In this document: in pieces, positions 52,340 through 60,428 of the stretch
Layout of the letters: every line of letters begins with the position of its first letter
Numbering within the stretch: the first letter of the stretch is position 1
Assembly (NCBI GenBank): GCA_900547725.1
Contig: URHR01000002.1
Location: forward strand, 3,294-67,293
Direction of reading: 5' to 3'
Length of the DNA stretch: 64,000 nt
From: an uncultured Eubacteriales bacterium
GTDB taxonomy: Bacteria > Bacillota > Clostridia > Oscillospirales > CAG-272
The notes under the pieces: generated by a model
Database searches by the model: none
Told to the model about the DNA's origin: nothing
The model's input: the letters and a program-made list of their open reading frames with translations, nothing else
Position numbers and translations under genes: made by a program

Positions 52340-53059
52340 ATGGCGGAATTGTATCCGACGGCGCATATCGCCGCAACCCCCGCAGATTTTGCGCGTACGG
52401 TCCTGATGCCGGGCGACCCCCTGCGGGCGCAAATGATCGCAAAGGAGTGGTTGGAGAACGCAAAACTCATCAATAATATCAGAGGCGTGCAGGGCTATAC
52501 CGGAACTTACCACGGCAAGCGCATCTCGGTTATGGCAAGCGGAATGGGAATGCCGTCTATGGGGATCTATTCCTATGAACTGTTCCGCGTGTTCGGAGTG
52601 GAGAATATCATCCGCATCGGAACTGCAGGCGCAATCAAACCGAACGTCCGTGTCCGCGACCTTGTGTTCGGTATGGGAGCGTCGACCGATTCCAACTACG
52701 CGGCTAACTTCGGACTTCCCGGCAGCTTCGCGCCGATCTGCAGCTACAGTCTGCTCGCCGAAAGCGTGAAACAGGCGGAACTGGCGGGCGCAACCTACCA
52801 TGTCGGCGGTCTGCTCTCTACTGATGTGTTCTACGGCGACGATCCTGCAGTCAATGAAAAATGGGCAAAAATGGGCGTGCTCGCAGTGGAAATGGAAGCG
52901 GCGGCACTCTATATGAACGCCGCAAGACTCGGGAAAAACGCGTTGGCAATCTGTACCGTTTCCAATCATATCCTCACGGGAGAAGAGACAACCGCAGAAG
53001 AGCGGCAGAACTCTTTTGGGGAAATGATCCGGCTGGCACTTGAGGTCGCGCCGGAATAA
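52340..53059 (+). CDS. deoD: Purine nucleoside phosphorylase, DeoD type
   Basis: TAHIAATPADFARTVLMPGDPLRA, GMGMPSMGIYSYEL and EMEAAALY motifs. Confidence 0.95.
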   Translation: MAELYPTAHIAATPADFARTVLMPGDPLRAQMIAKEWLENAKLINNIRGVQGYTGTYHGKRISVMASGMGMPSMGIYSYELFRVFGVENIIRIGTAGAIKPNVRVRDLVFGMGASTDSNYAANFGLPGSFAPICSYSLLAESVKQAELAGATYHVGGLLSTDVFYGDDPAVNEKWAKMGVLAVEMEAAALYMNAARLGKNALAICTVSNHILTGEETTAEERQNSFGEMIRLALEVAPE

Positions 53060-53214
53060 AAAAGAACCCCGGATTCCGCGTGTCAGTCGCGGCGTTCGGG
53101 GTGCTTTGGCGCATATCCGCCAAGAATTTGTGATGAAAATCAATAAAAAGGATTCAGAAAGCTTACTGAAAAACGGTTGCTTTGTGAATTCTTTTAAAAA
53201 AAGAAAAAAAGTAC

Positions 53215-53243
53215 TTGACAAAAGAAGAAGTCTGTGGTATACT
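53215..53243 (+). promoter_or_regulatory. Sigma-A promoter with upstream A-tract driving the riboswitch-controlled locus
   Basis: A-rich tract (TTTTAAAAAAAGAAAAAAAG) precedes TTGACA at 53215-53220, then a 17-nt spacer and extended -10 TGgTATACT ending at 53243. Confidence 0.75.
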
Positions 53244-53254
53244 GGTTTTAACAA

Positions 53255-53340
53255 AAGCGAATACTTAGCAAAACCGTCGTGAGGCGGCGACGCAAAGCCT
53301 TGGGGACTTTTCCGGAAAGGGAAAGTCAGCCCGGTTGCAA
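53255..53340 (+). promoter_or_regulatory. c-di-GMP-I (GEMM-I)-like riboswitch aptamer
   Basis: GCAAAaCCGUC-GUGA(GNRA)-GGCGGcGACGCAAAGCC..GGGGACUUUUCC-GGAA-AGGGAAAGUCAGCCCGGUUGC. It follows the same order of conserved blocks as the V. cholerae Vc2 aptamer (GGCAAACC..GAAA..GGGACGCAAAGCC..AGCGGGGUUACC). Confidence 0.8.
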
Positions 53341-53395
53341 TTTGGATGGATGATACAGGTGTATCATCTTCCTTTGCAACCGGGCTTTGCTTTTT
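53328..53395 (+). terminator. Riboswitch expression-platform terminator
   Basis: AGCCCGGTTGCAA (53328-53340) pairs perfectly with TTGCAACCGGGCT (53374-53386). An inner GATGATAC/GTATCATC helix lies between them. TTGCTTTTT follows. The 5' arm is shared with the aptamer. Confidence 0.8.
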
Positions 53396-53429
53396 ATCTG
53401 CATTTAAAAGCGGTAAAGGAGGGTTCGGA

Positions 53430-54950
53430 ATGGCGAACAACAACCAAAACAAAAGGGTCGGCTCATTTGCCGCGATCAACGGGGGCGTGATTGAAGGGTG
53501 CTCGGCGAATGTACAGCTGAGCGGATGCCCCAACGGTGCGGGCTTTGTGTTCGGAAACAGCGGCGTGGTAAAAAACTCCGTTGCAATGCGCGTGGGGCGC
53601 GGGAAGGGCGTTACGGGCTTTTACAAGCGGAACACGGGCACGATCAATTCCTGCGGATATCTTGCAGACCCCAAGAAGCGCCGGATTGACCGCAGCGGCA
53701 ACGTGACGGTTGCAACCGGAAATCCCGAGTGCTTCATGCCGAAGGGAACGCCTTCGGATCAACTCTATCATAAACTCGGACTTCAGAACCTGTGGAAGAA
53801 CGAGCGCACCAAGCGCGGCTTTGTTCTCGAGCCTGACCGCTTCCGCAACCGCGCGGTGCTGTTCGGTGCGCAGGAACGCGTGATTCCGATCAAAACGGCG
53901 GCGGATCTGACGCGGATCATTACCGCTGTCAATTCGGGCGACCGCGCGGCGGCTTCGGCAAACTATATGCTGGAAGCAAGCATCAATATGCGCGGCGCAA
54001 AACTCGAGCCGATCGGACTTTCCGAAGCGCTCCCGTTCAGCGGTTGCTTTGACGGAAACGGCAAGACGATCTACAATTTCAAGATCGACTGCACGGGAAT
54101 GGAGTACGGCGGCTTCTTCGGCTACACCAAGAACGCAAAGATTGCGAACCTCACGCTTGACTATGTCCTGAAGGGCAAGCGCGGAATCGTGACGGGCGGA
54201 ATGATCGGAAACGCGGTCGGCGGCGGCGTTGCAAACTGCCATGTCCGCGTGGGCATGACGGTTGGAAGCTGCGCAGGTGGCTTTGTGGGGAAGAATACGG
54301 GATATATTCAGAACTGCTATGTCTGCGGCAGTGTGGCAGGACCTGTTCCGGTGTTGCCGATTGTGACCTCAGTTGCGGCGGTTCTGCTGGCGGCAACCGT
54401 TACGACTTCGGTTATCGTGGTGAAGAAACTGACCTCGGACACGGTGTTCAGCCCCGAGGTGATCGACCCGAACCAGAAGCCCGCGCCGCCCGAAAAGGAT
54501 CAGCCCGATCCGTTGCCCACGGGAACAAGCCGCCTGAGTCTGCGGCTGAATCAGGACGTGGACGTCAGCTACGCAACGGGCGTTGGCGTAATCAATTATG
54601 TCAATCCCGCATCCAGTACGCATGATATGGTGATTCGGCTCTGCATCTCCGACACGGAGCTGAAAAAAGCGGGGATCGACCTGATCGCGGCGGGAGTCCG
54701 CAAGCAGTCGGAAACGGAAGCCGATGGCTACGATCCCGACAAGGCATTGACAACCTTTTACCAGTCGGGCAGAGTCCAGATCGGCTATCAGTTGGAGAAC
54801 TGCAAGATCACCGCGCTTCCGGGCGGCGACAAATTGCCTGTAGGAGAATACAAAGCCGTGATGGTGATCGAGCCGTATGACCCGAAAACCAACGAAAAAT
54901 CAATCGTGAACGCGCAGGCAGAGATCACCCTTCGCATCCTCAATCGGTAA
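53430..54950 (+). CDS. Bitopic membrane protein: ~305-aa GLUG-repeat N-terminal region, one TM helix, ~185-aa C-terminal domain; no signal peptide
   Basis: AAGGAGGG RBS before ATG 53430. GLUG-like repeats (FSGCFDGNGKTIYNF, GGFFGYTKNAKIANL, GGMIGNAVGGGVANCHV, GGFVGKNTGYIQNCYV). TM helix VPVLPIVTSVAAVLLAATVTTSVIVV (~54343-54423). Confidence 0.8.
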   Translation: MANNNQNKRVGSFAAINGGVIEGCSANVQLSGCPNGAGFVFGNSGVVKNSVAMRVGRGKGVTGFYKRNTGTINSCGYLADPKKRRIDRSGNVTVATGNPECFMPKGTPSDQLYHKLGLQNLWKNERTKRGFVLEPDRFRNRAVLFGAQERVIPIKTAADLTRIITAVNSGDRAAASANYMLEASINMRGAKLEPIGLSEALPFSGCFDGNGKTIYNFKIDCTGMEYGGFFGYTKNAKIANLTLDYVLKGKRGIVTGGMIGNAVGGGVANCHVRVGMTVGSCAGGFVGKNTGYIQNCYVCGSVAGPVPVLPIVTSVAAVLLAATVTTSVIVVKKLTSDTVFSPEVIDPNQKPAPPEKDQPDPLPTGTSRLSLRLNQDVDVSYATGVGVINYVNPASSTHDMVIRLCISDTELKKAGIDLIAAGVRKQSETEADGYDPDKALTTFYQSGRVQIGYQLENCKITALPGGDKLPVGEYKAVMVIEPYDPKTNEKSIVNAQAEITLRILNR

Positions 54951-54995
54951 TCCCTGCGCAGTCGAAAGTCGAAAAATTGAGAGGAGGTGGGGAGA

Positions 54996-57900
54996 ATGAA
55001 AACGAAATTCGGAAAGTGGATTGCAGGCGCGGTCGCGTTCTGCATAGTACTGGCAACCGTGTTGGCAGTTCCGTTCGGTTTCCTTCTTCCCTCGTCTGCG
55101 GAGTCGGCTTTCGCAACCTTTTCTTCCGGCGCTGTGCTGATCGATTCTTCGTACAACGGGAAAAATGTCATCATCAAAAACGGCGTTTTCTCGGTTACGG
55201 TTGTCGGAGCGACGAATGTCACACTTCTGTTTGAAGGCGCGACAATGAACCGCAGATATGCCGATGATACGGAAAGCGGAAAACAGATTGAGGGGCTTTG
55301 GGCTGTTTCGCAGAAACTCGGATGGAACAACAAAGCGCAGGTCTGCCCGCTTCTGATTACCGGCAATTCGGAAGTCAAGGTGGCATTCCGCGGAGCAAAC
55401 TATTTCTATGCGGGGGTCAATGGTTGCACCGTAAATTCGAGCAATTACTATACAAAGTCGCAAAGCGGCGGCGGATTTGCTGGCATTCAGGTTGACAGCG
55501 GTTCGACCCTGACGATTGAACAGAGCAACGGCTCGGTAGCCGCCTATGGCGGTCACTGGGTGAATGTAAACAACTCCTCCAACAATCCGAGTGATTCCAC
55601 CAATTTTCCAAATGGCAGGGAATGGGAAGGTTACGGATCGCCCGCCGGAACTACAGCCAATAGTCTTGCAGGCGGCGCCGGAATCGGCGGCGGCGTGTCC
55701 GGTACTACCACAACCTGCGATAATACGGCGTATACACAGGGCACACCGGGAACCATCATGATCAACGGCGGCGAAATCCATGCGTTCGGAGGACATCAGG
55801 CGGCAGGAATCGGCGGCGGTGTAAACGGCGCGGCAACTTCAACTTCCATCACTGTTACCGGCGGAACAATCGAAGCCCACGGCGGACGTTGGGCGGCAGG
55901 GATAGGCGATGGAGACTCGCTTCCCTATCACCCGAGCAATCAGTTTTCAAAATCCTATTCCGTCAATATCTCGGGCGGAACGGTGACCGCCGTTGGCGGG
56001 GTTGGATGCGCGGGCGTTGGGTGTACCGATGATGTGAAAAATTCCGGAATGACAATCGAGCTGTCCGGCGGTAACATCACGGCGCATTCCGGCTATCCGG
56101 ACGGATTCGATCCGAGCACCGGCACTTACAGAAACAACAAAGCACTGTCGGACAGTGATCCGACTCCGGCGGGTATCGGCGCAGGAAACAAATCCAAAAT
56201 GGCTGAGCATTCGATCATCATCCGGGAGGGAACGCAAATTACAGCCGCTTCCTTCGGCCATTATTCCATTACGGAAAACGGATTGAACCAGAGCCAAGTC
56301 CCCAATATTTCTCTTGAGCAGTGCAGAATGTACAACGGTCGTTTTCCGAACCTGACCTCTTCTAAAGACCGTACCTTCCGGCTTCTGGAAGCGCAGAGAG
56401 AAGACATTCTTGTAAACGGAAAGGTCGGAAACTACATCAAATTCATTACACAGCCGAGCGACGGTTCTGAAGGAACGGTTTATTACTACGATTCCGATGA
56501 ATTTATGCTTCTGAATGCAGACAAAACCGTTTATCCGCTGTCGGATGACTTGGAGACGCGCGAAAAGGAACTGTTGAAGCTCTTCGAGGATCATCATATG
56601 ACGCTTTATGCCGATAAAACCTCAAAAGAGACGAGGCGCGTTGTGGCGCGGAAGCATTTCAAATCCATTGCAATGACGCTTCCCGATCCCGCATTGCACG
56701 GCGGCATTTACGCATTGGAAATCCCGACCTCCCAGTTGGTGTCAGTCCCCGACGGGGTAACCTTTCCGGAAAGCGAAAAGGTCTACATCACGATCAGCGC
56801 GCTGACCCCCGGAAACATCTGGGGCGAAATCGATTATCCGTTCAGCTACAACATGAAGCTTGACGCGGTTTCCTCTCCCTTTGAAAATCTCGACGTTTAT
56901 CCGAGCGCAGATTGGCAGGGGCGGGACGACGGCTACATCGGAAACAAATATTCCGAAAGCCTGTTTGCCTACACGGTCTACATCGAAAGCGACGCAACCG
57001 AAACCTACGTTTACGCAATGTTTGTGATGGAGGACGGCGTTACCTACACGGTGAAGCTTGACAATGTGCTTCAGACAATCGAGACCGAAACGAAAACCGT
57101 GGACGGCGTGACAGTCAAAATCGGCCATATCATGATGAAAGTCTCCATGGCGGGGGTGACCCAAAAAGTTCTGCAACTGGAAAAGCAGGACACCAACAAC
57201 ACAGTAGCCGCGCACTCCATCATTTACAAGATCACCATCAACCGCAAGGCAACCTACACCCTCAGCCTGAAAGACCTCAGCAAAACCTACGACGGCAACC
57301 CGGTTGTTCCCTCGGTTGAGGCGGTGCTGAACGGGAGCGGCGCTACGGCGGAAAAGGTGACTGTCCCGGAAGAGGATCTGAAGAGCGCAACCTTTACCTA
57401 CGGCGTTGGTACAACCACGGGTCTGACCGAAGCGCCGAAGGACGCAAGCAACGGCGAGAATGGCTATTCCGTAACCGCTACAATCAACACCGAGACCTAT
57501 ACGGCAACGGGAACGGCTTACTTCTCCATTTATAAAAAGCAACTGTCGGTTACGCGCATCGGAAACTATCTGCTGTACGTCAAATCGAGCGACTACGAGA
57601 AGTGGAAAGATCAGGGCACTTACCCGATTTCCGACCCGGGTGCGATTTTCCTTTCGGGGCTTGTGAAGAATGAAAGCGTGACGTTGACCCACGGAAACGT
57701 TTACTATAACGACCTTTCCATTGGCTACGGCGCAACGAAAATCACGCTTGAGAATGTGCAGATTTCGGGCGACGCCGCAAAGAACTACACCATTGACCCA
57801 ACGCAGACCGTGTTCGGACAGATCAACTATTCGCTTGACGGCGCAATCTTCCGCTCGGAGGACGGCGGGTCATGGGACAAGTTCTATCCGATTGACAGTG

Positions 57901-58484
57901 AAAACCCCGTAAACGGCACGAGCGCGGACTACCATTCGCCCAAAAACGCGGACGGAAGCTACACTTCGCACGCGGAGTATGTCTGGGCGAGAACGCAGGG
58001 CGGCGGCACGGCGCAGGCAGTCTATGCAATGGAAATCGAGTTCGGCGCAATGTATTTCAACTATACCAAGGAAGTCTGGAATACCGACTCCATGAAGTAC
58101 GAGCAAGCCGAAAACGGGGAATCCTTCTGGATCGGCTTTGACGGCAAGAACAACTGCGTAACGGTTGTCAACCGCTCCAATGCGGCGATCTTCTGCAACG
58201 TCAAACCCGAAATTTCCTTCATCTACGCCTCGCATGACGGCGGGCAGAGCGGCATTGTGGCAAAGGTTTACACCAAGAACGAGGCAAACACGAATTACCT
58301 TGTAACCGAAACCGAGGATGTGACCATTCCACAAGCGACCCCGCCCGAAACCGTGACGGGGACGGGAACTGCCACGCGGCAGTCGTTCTACCTGATCCTC
58401 TCGGGAAACCCGCAGTCAGGCAATACCGACAGATATATCGCCGTTGGCGATATGATCGTAACCGTTAAGAAATCTTCCGATTGA
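54996..58484 (+). CDS. 1162-aa secreted adhesin-like protein: signal peptide, beta-helix-type GG..AGIGGG repeats, YDG/MBG-like modules, C-terminal domain shared with the four downstream small proteins
   Basis: GAGGAGG RBS 8 nt before ATG 54996. Signal peptide MKTKFGKWIAGAVAFCIVLATVLAV...SSA. Four units of type IxIxGGxIxAxGG..AAGIGGG. KTYDGNP...AAKNYTI modules. C-terminus EIEFGAMYFNY..WN..Y...VVNRSN. Confidence 0.85.
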   Translation: MKTKFGKWIAGAVAFCIVLATVLAVPFGFLLPSSAESAFATFSSGAVLIDSSYNGKNVIIKNGVFSVTVVGATNVTLLFEGATMNRRYADDTESGKQIEGLWAVSQKLGWNNKAQVCPLLITGNSEVKVAFRGANYFYAGVNGCTVNSSNYYTKSQSGGGFAGIQVDSGSTLTIEQSNGSVAAYGGHWVNVNNSSNNPSDSTNFPNGREWEGYGSPAGTTANSLAGGAGIGGGVSGTTTTCDNTAYTQGTPGTIMINGGEIHAFGGHQAAGIGGGVNGAATSTSITVTGGTIEAHGGRWAAGIGDGDSLPYHPSNQFSKSYSVNISGGTVTAVGGVGCAGVGCTDDVKNSGMTIELSGGNITAHSGYPDGFDPSTGTYRNNKALSDSDPTPAGIGAGNKSKMAEHSIIIREGTQITAASFGHYSITENGLNQSQVPNISLEQCRMYNGRFPNLTSSKDRTFRLLEAQREDILVNGKVGNYIKFITQPSDGSEGTVYYYDSDEFMLLNADKTVYPLSDDLETREKELLKLFEDHHMTLYADKTSKETRRVVARKHFKSIAMTLPDPALHGGIYALEIPTSQLVSVPDGVTFPESEKVYITISALTPGNIWGEIDYPFSYNMKLDAVSSPFENLDVYPSADWQGRDDGYIGNKYSESLFAYTVYIESDATETYVYAMFVMEDGVTYTVKLDNVLQTIETETKTVDGVTVKIGHIMMKVSMAGVTQKVLQLEKQDTNNTVAAHSIIYKITINRKATYTLSLKDLSKTYDGNPVVPSVEAVLNGSGATAEKVTVPEEDLKSATFTYGVGTTTGLTEAPKDASNGENGYSVTATINTETYTATGTAYFSIYKKQLSVTRIGNYLLYVKSSDYEKWKDQGTYPISDPGAIFLSGLVKNESVTLTHGNVYYNDLSIGYGATKITLENVQISGDAAKNYTIDPTQTVFGQINYSLDGAIFRSEDGGSWDKFYPIDSENPVNGTSADYHSPKNADGSYTSHAEYVWARTQGGGTAQAVYAMEIEFGAMYFNYTKEVWNTDSMKYEQAENGESFWIGFDGKNNCVTVVNRSNAAIFCNVKPEISFIYASHDGGQSGIVAKVYTKNEANTNYLVTETEDVTIPQATPPETVTGTGTATRQSFYLILSGNPQSGNTDRYIAVGDMIVTVKKSSD

Positions 58485-58538
58485 AAATTGAAATCGGTTG
58501 ATACATAAAAATTTTTTGCTTTTGAAAGGAGCAGAATT

Positions 58539-59174
58539 ATGAAAAAATTTCTTTCCCTTATGCTCGCAGGCTTGATGTCCGCATCCCTGTTCGTCGTTGG
58601 TGCAGCGGCGGATACTTTGAAAGATGGTGTTGTCGGTCCGAATCATGGCGTTTTGGAAAACGAATTTAACACCCCTGTCCAAGACGGTGGTAACAAAATC
58701 AATGTCAAGGTTGAGAAGGTGACACACAAGTATGCGGTTGATTTAAAGTTTTCGTTTGGCGATTTGACAATCGGCCATCTTGAATGGAATGTCGATACCA
58801 TGCGTTATGACACTGTAAAAGGCGAGGAATTGAAGAACACAACCAGAGAAATTACAGTTTCCAACCGTTCCGACCTGCCTATTCAAGCGTATGCAACCGT
58901 TTCTCCTGCTGCGGACAAAGCACCCGATTTAACTATTGGAATGACCGGAGAAGGCGATTCGGAGACGAATAAGCTGACTGTGTCAGCGGCGAACAAGGGT
59001 CAAGGAGAGGCGAATGGAGAGCCCACCACGGGAACGTTGACGGTCAAGTTGGAAAGCAATGCATGGGGTTCGGTTGCGCAACATTACATCGATATGCAGT
59101 TTGCAACACCCGATAGTGAAAAGACATACACAGTTGCAACCGTTACGGTTATCATCAGCAAAAGCGCACAATAA
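58539..59174 (+). CDS. Small secreted protein, paralogue 1 of the locus-specific domain family (211 aa)
   Basis: Signal peptide MKKFLSLMLAGLMSASLFVVGAAA. Core YAVDLKFSFGDLTIGHLEWNVDTMRY...ITVSNRSDLPIQAY. C-terminal beta-strand-like TVATVTVIISK. Confidence 0.85.
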   Translation: MKKFLSLMLAGLMSASLFVVGAAADTLKDGVVGPNHGVLENEFNTPVQDGGNKINVKVEKVTHKYAVDLKFSFGDLTIGHLEWNVDTMRYDTVKGEELKNTTREITVSNRSDLPIQAYATVSPAADKAPDLTIGMTGEGDSETNKLTVSAANKGQGEANGEPTTGTLTVKLESNAWGSVAQHYIDMQFATPDSEKTYTVATVTVIISKSAQ

Positions 59175-59260
59175 AAACGCCTTCAAACGGTTACTCCGTC
59201 CCCCTCGGGTGACGTGGTAATAAATGGGTTCGACATTTTCGGAGAAAGGAGGATAAAAGG

Positions 59261-59779
59261 ATGAAAAAGATTCTTGTTTGTATGATGGTTCTGGCGCTCT
59301 GCCTCTGCGCAACGATTTCGTCGTTCGCAGCGGGACAATCCGAGGGTGAATATACCGGTCAGAAGGAAAATCAGGATGTCAATGTTACAATCTCGGGTGC
59401 TATTGTTCATACCTATCTGGTTGACATTGAGTTTGCCAATCCGACTTTCACTTATTCTACCGGTTCGGTCTGGAATCCGGAGAAGTATCAGTACGAGCCG
59501 AGCACCGAGGCTACGTGGAATGGTACAGGCGAAGTGAAAATCGTCAACCATTCCGACCTGCCTGTTACTTACAAGGTAGAAGCCACGGATGTTGTGGACA
59601 CCTACGGCACGCTGACCATTCCCGTGACGAACGGGGACGGCACGATTGCAAAGTGCGCAGTCGGCGATGCTCGCGGCAGCCACAACGCAACCGCGACCTA
59701 CAAGGTTGAGGGAACTCCCACGGTTTCGGAAATCACCGCGCAGAAGCTCGGTTCGATTCTCGTAACCATCACAAAGTAA
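59261..59779 (+). CDS. Small secreted protein, paralogue 2 (172 aa)
   Basis: GGAGG RBS. Signal peptide MKKILVCMMVLALCLCATISSFA. Core YLVDIEFANPTFTYSTGSVWNPEKYQY...VKIVNHSDLPVTYK. C-terminus GSILVTITK. Confidence 0.85.
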   Translation: MKKILVCMMVLALCLCATISSFAAGQSEGEYTGQKENQDVNVTISGAIVHTYLVDIEFANPTFTYSTGSVWNPEKYQYEPSTEATWNGTGEVKIVNHSDLPVTYKVEATDVVDTYGTLTIPVTNGDGTIAKCAVGDARGSHNATATYKVEGTPTVSEITAQKLGSILVTITK

Positions 59780-59845
59780 GAACCCCGCCCGGCGGGAACT
59801 GTAGCCCTGCCGTGTAGGATTCGCAAGGAAAGGAGAAGCAGATTC

Positions 59846-60388
59846 GTGAAACTGAGAAGAATTTTGGTACAATTGTTCATAGCGACCGCGGTTTTGCTTC
59901 TCCCGGTACTTGTTTTCGCCGAGCCGATTCAATCGGTTGGCGGGGGAGCGGATGTCGTGATTTCCGTGATCGACAACCGCAAAACCGTGCGCTATGAAGC
60001 CGATGTGGTATTCCGCAATACCACATACACCTACAATCTGGTCAGCGTTGCCGAAAATGTGGAAACCGGCGAACGCTACATCAACAGCGGCTTTTGGCGG
60101 GAGGCAAGCGGTGTGGAGGCGGATTCGTTTACCGTTTCGGTTAAAAACCGTTCCAACCGTGCCTTAACCGTTGAAACAGAGCCGAATACCGCCGACTTTG
60201 ACCGATGCGGCGCAGGGGTGACCCTGTATGGGGGAGGAGAAATCACAATCCCCGAAGTCGGGCAGGCAGACGGCAAAACCGTTGCTTACGAGAATGTGTT
60301 TGAAGCCGTGTTCGGTCGGTTTCCGAGTCTGGATTCCTACAAGGGAGTCAAACGGATTACCGCAACCGTGCGCCTGAAGCATTCGTGA
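59846..60388 (+). CDS. Small secreted protein, paralogue 3 (180 aa, divergent)
   Basis: AGGAG RBS, GTG start. Signal peptide MKLRRILVQLFIATAVLLLPVLVFA. Core YEADVVFRNTTYTY...VSVKNRSNRALTVE. C-terminus ITATVRLKHS. Confidence 0.8.
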   Translation: MKLRRILVQLFIATAVLLLPVLVFAEPIQSVGGGADVVISVIDNRKTVRYEADVVFRNTTYTYNLVSVAENVETGERYINSGFWREASGVEADSFTVSVKNRSNRALTVETEPNTADFDRCGAGVTLYGGGEITIPEVGQADGKTVAYENVFEAVFGRFPSLDSYKGVKRITATVRLKHS

Positions 60389-60428
60389 AGCCGATAAAAT
60401 CGCGTCGAAAAGGAGGAGCTACCGGAAC

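Noticed and set aside
53040-53429. ORFs 53040-53282 (80 aa) and the 5' extension of 53346-54950 that cover the promoter, riboswitch and terminator
   Set aside because: They span a consensus promoter, a GEMM-I-like aptamer and a terminator hairpin. The downstream gene has a strong AAGGAGGG RBS at the internal ATG 53430.
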